Below are positions 54,051 to 64,000 of a DNA stretch of 64,000 bases, in pieces; position 1 is the first letter of the stretch, and every line of letters starts with the position of its first letter. The translations under genes and the position numbers were made by a program. Below the pieces are notes generated by a model, which did no database searches, was not told the DNA's origin, and saw only the letters and a list, made by a program, of their open reading frames with translations. Origin of the DNA: Octopus sinensis. Taxonomy: Eukaryota. The stretch is from positions 38,638,464 to 38,702,463 of the forward strand of contig NC_043011.1 of NCBI RefSeq assembly GCF_006345805.1, read 5' to 3'.

Positions 54051-55484
54051 CACACGACGACTTCTACACAGATCCGTCTAGTAAACTCTCTCAAGGCACG
54101 GGTTGATCCGGAACGGTAGTAGAAGACACTTGCCCAAGATGCAGCGAAGGGGGACTGAACCTAAAACCACATGGCTACAAAGCAGGTTTCTTAACCAACC
54201 ACCCATGTCCGCGCTTGTAGCTTTTTTTGTTTTTAATTTCTGCTTTGTATTTCATTGGGGTGTAGCATACACAGAACCATATGATCCAATGAATCCTTTT
54301 CTAGACCATTTTCCCCCTCATACTGCAAATCTTCAAAAAGATTTGGCTGCTATTTCTAGCAGTTTATAAATTATCCTTCATACTTCGGATCGGTTGATAT
54401 CAGTTGTAGGTGATTACGTCAGAGTCGAAAAATGTAATACATTGAAAGATTAAATCGTACAGACACAATTTAACGAAACTAGGGACAACTAATGTATTAC
54501 ATACCTGTATAACCTCGTTCAGTACTGGATAGGTTGACTCTAAATCAATGACGGGTTTTGAAAGATCTATATATAGACGTTTCATACATGCCATTACTTA
54601 TTTGTAACTTACAGCTATCAATTCAAGATTACTTTAAAATTGCATGACTCATGTAATTTGAGAATATTGTTTGTTTGCCTTTTCCCCAATACTTCCCTTA
54701 TTATTGCTATCTAATTTGATACCGCAGTTTTTTTTTTTTGCCTAAGTCGTTGTCAAATAAATCTTAGCAATGCCTTCATTGATTCTTGATTTTTGCGATG
54801 CACAGAACATGTCCGCTTATCTGGAACTGAATTCTGCCCGCAGAAGAAATATTACAATATAAATATATATAGAAACTTCGGTACAATTCTGAGCAATTAA
54901 TTGAACTTCCAATTGATTTTTCAACCAATTAATACTTACAACATCGCTTCAAGCATTCTTGCATGCACATTTATGAGTCATTCGTTTCGATCTGAATGGG
55001 TCAATCATGGTATGTAGCGTGCACGTTTCCCCTCACTCAAATGCCTTCTTTCATTCACAAAATAAAATCACTTGTTTTGCCGTTAGTAGTATTGACATCA
55101 CTGCTTTCATTTCCTTCTACCAAACTAAATTGTATATAATTTACTACCTTTCCATGCAGCAATATTTGTTAACACATTCATTATATTGTTATATATCAAT
55201 ACATCTTTATCCTTCCGCAGTTCCATACAGAAGTACCGAGTTGCAAACAAAAGAAGGTAGCCATGATGTTAGTATCTCGCACGTCACCAGGAATTTACGA
55301 GGTTCATAGAAAGCTTATTTCATAGTTTCTAGTTTATACATAATGAGAGAAAAAAAAGGCATCGGAGGGGCGATGCCTACCCTGTGTGCTGATAAAATTT
55401 TTCGCAAATTATAGTGTGGCTTAATATGCGTTGCTTACGCATGTTTTTTAATTGAACTGAATTATTATTGTTATTATTATTATT

Positions 55485-55950
55485 GTCATTTACTTTTAAT
55501 CTGCATGTTTTATGCAATCACTTGCCGGGGCACACCCAGCGCCCTAAGGCAAGTGAAGGTTAAGAGTTGTTGAAATATAGCTGAAAGCGTGGGGGGGAAG
55601 TAGAGAAATATCTCCATGTAATACAAACACAAACATTTACATTGATAGGGTTTTTCTAAGGATGTGGGCAGTACTTGTTAGCACAATCTTTTGGATTTCC
55701 TTGAGACATGGTTCTCCAGGGATATTGTCTAGGTGTTTCTGACATCCCTTTTTTATCATACCTAGGGCACCTACAATAACAGGAACGGTTTTTGTTTTAA
55801 GATTCCACATCTTTTGTATTTCGATTTCCAGGTCCTTATATTTACTAAGTTTGTCAAATTCCTTTACAGATACATTTTTATCAGTGGGGACGCTTACCTC
55901 TATTAGTCTGCAGGTATTTTCTTCCCAGTCTTTAACAATTATGTCTGGTC
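55485..55950 (-). mobile_element. Dong/R4-like 3' fragment (related to the 8450 family)
   Basis: RPDIIVKDWEENTCRLIEVSVPTDKNVSVKEFDKLSKYKDLEIEIQKMWNLKTKTVPVIVGALG..; (ATT)n flanks. Confidence 0.85.
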
Positions 55951-55951
55951 G

Positions 55952-56007
<56 letters not shown>

Positions 56008-56056
56008 TACTACTACTACTATTATTATTATTATTATCATTATTATTATTATTATT

Positions 56057-56598
56057 GAGTGAGAGAGCAGTTCATGCCATCAAAGTGACACTGGGGTAAA
56101 ATATACGAAGCCCTGTATACCCATCATAACTACCCGTCTGATAAGAGTACACCAGGCACATGCATCACAACCATATGTGCGCGACATGGTGATCTCATAT
56201 CAAGATAAACAGCACATGACCTTGCAGGTCAGGTTGAGTAGCCCATCCCGCTCAAAAGGTCCCTGAATAAGGGTTGTTTAAGGATGTTGAAAGAACCATC
56301 TATGTTTCCAGAGGTGAATTATTCAAACCCCAAAGAATCCCTCTCAATACATGGCTATGATGCTCCCCCACTACATCTGCACATATCATCAGCCACTAAA
56401 GGACATGCTCAACTGGTTATGGTCAAACAACTGACAAGCAAATCTGTGGTATTAAGCAGAATATTTGCTGTAGCCCATCTTTTATACCAAGACAAAACAA
56501 CGTACATGATAACACTTCCAATCAGTTAAGATCAGAAGCCATGAGAGCCACCGCCTGGTACTGCATCAGGGCATTTATGGTACTGTATCAGGGCATTT
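56057..56598 (-). mobile_element. Unclassified non-coding element in (TAA)n, copy 2
   Basis: Homologous to 27170-27799; end unit duplicated. Confidence 0.75.
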
Positions 56599-56623
56599 AT
56601 ACTTATTTTTATCATCATCATCA

Positions 56624-56670
<47 letters not shown>

Positions 56671-56676
<6 letters not shown>

Positions 56677-56881
56677 TAGTTTTATTTTTTATAGCGTGCT
56701 TTCACTTCACTACCGAGCACAGCTCTGTGTGCCTTGGGTATGTGCTGTCATTTGTTGTGATGCTCTGATGGTTATTGTATGGAAAGTGTTCTGCGTAGGA
56801 TGTGTGCAGTGCCTAGTAGGGCAATTTTCTGTATGTTATATGTGTTTGTAAGTCCTGGTGTTTTGGTTATGTATTTGTCTG

Positions 56882-56885
<4 letters not shown>
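56671..56885 (-). mobile_element. Dong-like 3' tail fragment (25678 family)
   Basis: Near-identical to 25678-25880; (ATT)n flanks. Confidence 0.85.
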
Positions 56886-56914
<29 letters not shown>

Positions 56915-56961
56915 ATTATTATTATTATTATTATTATTATTGTTGTTGTTGTTATTATCAT

Positions 56962-56999
<38 letters not shown>

Positions 57000-57919
57000 G
57001 ACGGGCTTCCGCACCGTTCCCACCACCAGATTCACTCACATCGTCGGGGGATGTAGTAGAAGCCTCTTTTCCGAAGTGCCATACAGTTGGACTGAACCCG
57101 ATACCACAAAATCATTAAGCGAGATTCTTAATGCACAAAAGCTTCCCATATCTCGAGCTTAATTGCTACTTTTCATTTCTCCCCATTCGCTAAAGTAATA
57201 TACAGGAATCTGTTCAAAGAACGTTACCCTCCAGCTTCTAAACAACGTCCTTATGCTATGCAAATAATCAAACGCGATGAGTATTAGATATGACTAGAGA
57301 ATATAACGAGAATGAAAGCTCTATGATGTTGAAATCAAATGGTTATTAAATCAAATTTCGATCCTTAAATTTCTCTGAGGTAAATCTCCACAAGCATAAA
57401 CTTTGTCTTTTATGAATCACCGTGGAATTAATTCAGGCAGGCTCCTGATCAAAGTCACCAGCCTTAACTAAACGAAACCAATATTCTCGGTAATTTCAGC
57501 ATAATCAGCCTTACTGATATGCGATTTGAGATCTTAAAATTATTTTCATTTCCTTAGGAACCTAATTATGAACAAAAACATTTACGATGTATTCTGCTTG
57601 GCTAGATTATGCATAGAGCAGGTCGTTTTCTTGTTTAAACCGATATATCATTTCGTATACGTTATATAGTTTTGTTATTTACGTTGCAACAGAATAATTA
57701 CGTTCCCTAGAATAATACGGCTGGACATTTCTTCTTCATTCGATTATATATGAACACATATTACACACATAAAGCCCTCGACTTTTTCTATCCTAAGAGT
57801 TTTTAACCCAATACCTGCTACTATAGCTTTATGTCTTTTTGGAGTGCCACCGTTAAAAACGAATTATTTTACAACTTTTGAAATTTCTAAATTCGTATGA
57901 CGTAAATATTATACACATG

Positions 57920-57933
57920 TATACATACATACA

Positions 57934-57965
<32 letters not shown>

Positions 57966-57970
57966 GACAC

Positions 57971-58047
<77 letters not shown>

Positions 58048-58090
58048 TATATAGATAGATAGATAATTATATAGATAGATAGATAATTAT

Positions 58091-58121
<31 letters not shown>

Positions 58122-58122
58122 T

Positions 58123-58168
<46 letters not shown>

Positions 58169-58200
58169 TGACTGATAGATAGATATAATATAGATATAAT
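57920..58200. repeat. (TACA)n(TAGA)n compound microsatellite
   Basis: Direct reading. Confidence 0.95.
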
Positions 58201-58559
58201 ATAGATATATATGCATATATATATATATAATATAAATTAGAGAAAAAAACACGATTATGCAATTCAAACATTGATAGACATAAACCAATACATAAATAAC
58301 AAATAACATATTTTTATAAAACATATAACATAACTTGATCTTGAAATGTATAAAAATGAAAGATCAATATATAATATACTAGCATTAAAGACCCGTCATT
58401 GCCGGGTCATAGTGCTAGTGCATGTACATATGTGTATATATATGTGTGCATATTACACGTACATCTACATATATATATATACATCTACGCATAAAATACA
58501 AAATACAAAGTTATATCTTGATATCGCTAGTGATAACAATACTCAAAATATATAACAGA

Positions 58560-58840
58560 CTGGAATTGTTAGCCCGTCTCTTGTAATTTCGATCAATTGT
58601 ATCTTGTCCTCCCTCTACTTCGGGGATGGGGGACATTTTTAATTTTTTTCCAGGACGTCCTACGTCCCAGATATAAATGTAAAAGTAAAATATTTCCACT
58701 TTGCAAGTTCGAGTCCAGTACTCCCTTGCATGCTCCGTTGACTCGAACCTTACTTCTATTGTGGCGAATTTACCGCCTCTGATTAGATACCTTTCATAAT
58801 CGCACCAAGACACTTTTCGAAGGTGCTTTCCTCCATGTTG
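58560..58840 (-). pseudogene. ORF1 fragment of a second, diverged Tx1-like family
   Basis: YLIRGGKFATIEVRFESTEHAR..LYLGRRTS..NVPIPE (with frameshifts) aligns to YINRGKRYGTVEVRFTTEEIAK..LYKGKRTS..NNIPPE of the ORF1 at ~63280-63430. Confidence 0.7.
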
Positions 58841-59083
58841 TTTTATTATTACCCACAAGGGGCTAACAAAGATGGGACAATACAATCTGATGAGGGGTCA
58901 GACACACGAATGGGTTTTTACAATAAATCGAATTTAAAAATTTTTCATGAATTACAATAAATGGACAGAAATCGAATGATGGGACAGACCGGAAGACGTT
59001 ACGGGTGGAGTGGGTGCGGGTTAGCTCGGACCCCACGAGCCCCGCCTCCCCACTGATACTTTTGGTTGCGCTTGGTATTACAT

Positions 59084-62000
59084 TTATGTTGTATCTTTCA
59101 CTCGCAACTTTCGTGCTACATCCTTCCATCGTTCTTCATACACTCTCCTAGTCAGGCATATTCTTTCCAGCCCTATCTTCCTTTTCAGGTGAAAGATGAA
59201 ATAGTTCATCAAACCAGGGCCGGAGATGAACTTGCCTGACTGTAAACCTTTCATTCTCGTCTTCCATATCACCTCTTTCGCAATTGCTACTACAACGAGA
59301 AAACGAAACTTACCTTCATTCACGAGGAAATCCGGTGGGTCAATTTTTGTAATCGACTCAGTCGACAGCTGTACTCTTCGTGTACCTGACAACAGGTGTT
59401 CGAATAACCCACACCTCAGACACGTCCGGACAATGAACAATCGCGTGCGGGACGGTTTCCCTATCCCGCCCGCATCTTGGACATATCGGACTGTCTTGGC
59501 CACCGTGCCTTGCGAGTTTATCCCGAACAGGTAGAGCTCCTCTGTAGCATTGCCATGCCAGAGACTTCTGGAAGTTGTCCAGTGTCCTCGGCTCGAACGT
59601 ACGTCGGAACAGACTGGCCAGCTGATTATCGTCGAGACCTAGGGTTTCCCCCAAGGTATCTTCACATTCCGCCTCTACCAACCCTCTATAGAAGAATGTG
59701 GTGGAACCCCCACCGCAGGGTTGCCCGAGCGACGGAATAGCAGGAGAGCCTTGCGACACTCCGTGTACCAAGTACCAAGTTTCGATCTACGATTCAGCCA
59801 GGTTTCCCATCCACCGAAACTAGTGAACTTGGGAAACATCAGTTTTGCTAGCGAAGACCACACCCGTTCACCATCCAGGTAGAGCCACAGATGTCTTAAC
59901 CTCAGCGCATGTCTGCGCATCATCAGCAAGGCATCCCTAGCCCACCCTTTAACGGTTGTTGACAGCAAGTAGAGCGTTTCACAAGTGGTTTCCCGCCCTT
60001 CCACAAGAAGTAGAAGAGCTGTCTTTCCAACTTGATCAACCACGAATCAGGGCAAGGAACGACGGAAAGGCGGTAGGTGATAACCGATGCGATAAAACAC
60101 ATTGGCCACCTCCGCCCTCCCTTTCAGGGATAGCCACCGCCAAGACCAGGTCTTGGCTACTGCAGCCACCTTGCTCGTTACCTCGCCCCAATTCTTCTCT
60201 ATTTGGAGGTCTGGACCGAACCAGACCCCTAGCAGTTTAATCGGACCCTCCGTCCAACGTCCCACGACGCTGTCAGGAGGCATCGACTTGCCTCTCCAGG
60301 TGCCGAGTTGCAAGCCGACTGACTTTTCGCGATTAACTTTTGCTCCTGTCACCGTCTCGTAAACCTCTATGGCTTTGCCTACTTTACATAGGTGGTCCAT
60401 TTCGGTTACGATGATGGTGATGTCATCCGCGTACGCTGATACTGATTTTCCATTACCTGGCTGTCTCGGGATGCCGCTCAGTTTTCGCAGTAATGGCTCG
60501 AGAGCCATCACGTACAAAAGCGGGGAGAGCGGACACCCTTGACGAACCGAGCGTTTGATTTTGAACGGCTTCGACAAGAAGCGTTCACCCGAACTACCGA
60601 GTCGATGTTTCATACATTTGGATAATCCACCTGAGGAAGCCAAGGCTCAGCCCGAACTGTGCCAGGGCAGATACCAGGTAACGATGGTCGACCCTATCAA
60701 AAGCTTTAGATTGGTCTAATTGGACCAGTGCCCCACCCTTGCCAGAATCACTATTAAACCCCTCTATAGTGTACCGCATTAGATGGAGATTATCCTGAAT
60801 GGATCTGCCCGGAACGGCACATGTCTGTGCCTCTCCGATCAGACCATCCGCGACACGCGCCAATCTTTTCGATAACACTTTGGCCAAAATCTTCAACTCT
60901 GTGTTTAGTAGAGTGATGGGCCTGAAATTATCAATGCACTCCCCCTTGCTCGGGTCCTTTCTGACGAGAGTCACTACTCCCCGGCGCACAGATCTGGGTA
61001 TAAGCCCGTTCTGCTGCCAGTTCGCGTAGACCTCCACCAGTAGGTGCCCGAACAAGTCTGGCATACTCTTATATAACTCATAGGGTAGACCATCCAAACC
61101 CGGCGCCTTGCCCGCGCCGCAGTCCGCCATTGCCTCAACCACCTCCTCAGGCGTGATTGGCCCTTCACAGCCCTCCGCATCTCGCCCCGATAAGCGCGGC
61201 AGCCCGTCGAGTAGGTCCGTAAAGGCCTCCTCCTATCCAGTCCGCCGCACTCACCGAAAAGCTGAGCGAAGTGCTCCTGAAAAGCCTCACACATCTCCTC
61301 GGGTTCGTTTATCAACTCACCTTGTTGGTTCGTCAAAGATCGAATCGTGGCATCGTTACCATGCCGAGCTTCCACCACTCGGGCCCATCTCACGCGTTGA
61401 TTCCTTCACATCCCATATGGCGGATTCTAGCCCTGACAATGCAGCCCATGTGTTTGGCCTCGAGGTGCTGGTTTAACACCAGTCTCTTGGACGCCACCTG
61501 AGCCGCAGAGCCAGTTTTCATGGCTTCCTCTAATTCCTTAACTAGAGTAGTTTCCCTTCTAGCCTCTCTAGCCACTACTCCTATGCTATATCTAATAGAC
61601 TCAAACTTGATGGCTCGTTTGAGGGCGTACCACCATTTGTTATTAATGATGGTACCAGATAGTGCCCTCTGAATTATATTCCTAATCCGGTCTTTGTACT
61701 CCTTAATCGCCAAAATTAAGTTTCCAGTACCCGGATCCTCTATTTTTAACCTTATCTATGTCAAGCTTACAAGTGACCATTTTATGATCACTGTAGCTGA
61801 TCGGGTAAAACTGTGGACACTTAGCTATTTTACTGTCTACTTTTCTAATTAGTATTCTATCTAAATATGACCTGGAAGATCCGTCGCTGTTTGACCATGT
61901 CCACAATGGAGCGTTCGGAAATTCCAGCCTATAAGGATCTGCTAGCTCAAAGCGGCTTAGCAGTTCCATGAAGCCACTGTTGCCTTTTCTATCTGGACAC

Positions 62001-62459
62001 GAGCCAACATAATCTACATTAAATTGTTGTGTTAAAGTCTCCTAGCACCACTAATGAATGCGAAGTACCAAGAAAGTTTTCTAGTTCACGAAAATAATCA
62101 CTTTGCCCTGTATGGTTGGGTGCGTAAATTGCAACCAGTCTGATAACTTTACCGTTACTGAACGTCAAATCCATGACGACCAGCCTACCTTCTGGATCTG
62201 CAAAAATTAACTTTTTCTCAGAAACCCGGTTTCTTTTTAATAGGACCAACACCCCACTCCCGCCTGTAGGACTGCCAGGAGAGAAAAAACTCTCGTAGCC
62301 GTCAAACAGCGGGAGTAGACCTCTTGGCCCCTCTAACCGGGTTTCTGTAGCAACAATAACATCTAAATTACGCGACCTGATATCATGCAGGAAGCGACCT
62401 TGCTTCCAGTCTGCTCCCAGGCCGCGCACATTCAAACAACCAACATAAATGTAATCCAT
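59084..62459 (-). pseudogene. Tx1-like ORF2 (APE endonuclease, RT, C-terminal zinc finger), frameshifted
   Basis: GCLNVRGL, ATETRL, LGDFN, SYLDRI, SDHKMV, KAPGLDGLP, NFRPITLLN, LDQSKAFDRVDH, VRQGCPLSPLLY, YADD and CPRC..ETVPHAIVHC in successive overlapping ORFs. Confidence 0.93.
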
Positions 62460-62472
62460 TACTTACCCTATA

Positions 62473-63836
62473 TCAGTGGTTCGGTTTTTCTTGTTCTTCT
62501 AACTCTTTTTCTGGGCCTCGTGGGGGAGTCTGACGTAGGCCCTCGAATATATGTGGAGATGTCACATCCAATCTAAGTGGGCCTACGTCATGGAAGAATT
62601 CTGACTTTATCCGCCCGTAATCCTTCCGGCCTATTCTGTAAATTACAAAGTCGTTTTTTTTCACTACTTTCTCCACTTTGGCCATGGCTGCCAACACGTT
62701 TCCGAGTCTGCTATTTGCTGCCTTTACGGCCATATATGAGTTCATTGACTCTTTTCTTTTTTAAGATTACTCTGGGAGGGGTGGTTTCCGTTTTTCTTTT
62801 TTTCCTTCCGGTAATTTTTTCCCACCTCCTCATTTATCTTTTCCTCGCTCTTTTTTTCCTCCGCCGCTGGTTCTGCTGTCACCGTCACCTCCACACCTTC
62901 AGTCTTCCCTTCTGGGCCGTCCGACGCTGCTTCTGGTAACACATTATCTTCTTTTTCTTTTGGCTTAGGTGCTTCCTGCGGTTTGGGTTGGGGTTGGCAT
63001 TCCGCCCTTACATGACCCTTCTTGCCGCAGCCGAAGCACCTCGGCTTCCTGCCCTCCACGAAAACTGTTATTTTCTCGTCTTCACTAATCTTTACCGTTT
63101 CTGGAATTTCTTCCAGTGTTTGCACCTCCGCCTGAATGGCTATCACTATTTTTGCCCTTTCCAGACTCCTCTTCCTCCACTGTGGCCTGGAGGATGTTTA
63201 TTTTTTCCTCCAGACCTACCATCACTGCTGCCACCAGACATTCAGCATCTGCCTCTGGCGGAATGTTGTTCATCGAAATTTTCGACGTCCTTTTTCCTTT
63301 ATATAATGGTAGTAAGACAATGTTTTCCGCTTTGATTGGCTCCATCGATAGTTTCTTCGCTATCTCCTCCGTAGTAAAACGCACCTCCACTGTGCCGTAT
63401 CTTTTTCCTCTGTTTATATACGTTATTTATCCATAAAAAGGTTTTAGACAAGACTCTATTTTTTTTCTTCGATTTTTTGGATCATTTTTTTCGTTGTGTC
63501 GTAAGTTTTATATATTATTCTTTTTTTTTCTATATCGTCATGTATTTGTATGTTGTGGCCACAGTCACTTCTGTGCCTTCTTTTTTTACACAGTCTGCAA
63601 ATTTTTTAAAATTTTCTATATTTATTTTTTTGATCTTTTTCCCAGCCACTTCAGCGAATTTTTTTGCTGGAGTTGATGCTGGTACTGGTTTTTCCATTTT
63701 TTTGGGCGACGCCGCCTCTTTTTTCTTCGGCGACAACGCCTTTTTTTCTTGGCGACAACGCCTCTTTTTTACTTGGCGACAACGCCGGGTATTCATCCTC
63801 GCTCGTCACGGGCGAATAAGAGATGGGGGACTCCAT
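62473..63836 (-). pseudogene. Tx1-like ORF1 (gag-like), frameshifted
   Basis: ATG at 63836, SPKK-type repeats, RRM-like EVRF region, and zinc knuckle CFGCGKKGHVRAEC at 62997-63038. Confidence 0.85.
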
Positions 63837-64000
63837 CTTGAACAAATGGCTTTAACAAGCCTTTGGTAAATCCAAATTAATTGTAGTTTTCCCCCACTGA
63901 GGGGGGAACACCAACGTGAAGTCTTCGCGCGAAGGCTGACTTCGTCCGTTAGACAACAATAGACAAAAACAGGTAGACCAACAGTATATAATAACAGAGA

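Larger units (their letters stand above)
58841..64000 (-). mobile_element. Near full-length Tx1/L1-clade LINE; 5' end at or beyond the window edge
   Basis: ORF1 with CCHC knuckle, ORF2 with APE-RT-zf-RVT, 3' UTR 58841-59083. Confidence 0.93.

Noticed and set aside
54270-55270. Cluster of splice-like signals and short open frames (YTEPYDPMNPFLDHF.., MACMKRLYIDLSKP.., acceptor at 55220)
   Set aside because: Candidates conflict in strand and frame and cannot be joined into a coherent protein without RNA data.

Overview
This is AT-rich, microsatellite-saturated animal DNA, most likely Octopus or another cephalopod. That is inferred from repeat style and SINE types, not a database search. No host gene exon could be called with confidence; essentially all recognisable coding sequence is transposon-derived. 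Main content: (1) a near full-length, frameshifted Tx1/L1-clade LINE on the minus strand at the right end; (2) five 5'-truncated R4/Dong-like LINE copies, all sitting in (TAA)n tracts; (3) two CR1/L2-group LINE remnants; (4) a Penelope-like GIY-YIG endonuclease fragment; (5) an internally deleted mariner and two TA-flanked MITEs; (6) dozens of tRNA-derived SINE copies, given the working labels SINE-A, SINE-B, SINE-C and SINE-H. Most notable observations: about a dozen hammerhead-ribozyme-like motifs from several unrelated repeats, including one inside a tRNA-headed SINE and a back-to-back pair forming a 133-bp palindrome; SINE-B shares its 3' end with the Tx1 LINE while SINE-A shares its 3' end (with a covarying hairpin) with the CR1-like LINEs, and the two SINEs share a central module; an unexplained ~550-630-bp non-coding element recurs in (TAA)n arrays next to Dong tails. 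All alignments and folds were done by eye.
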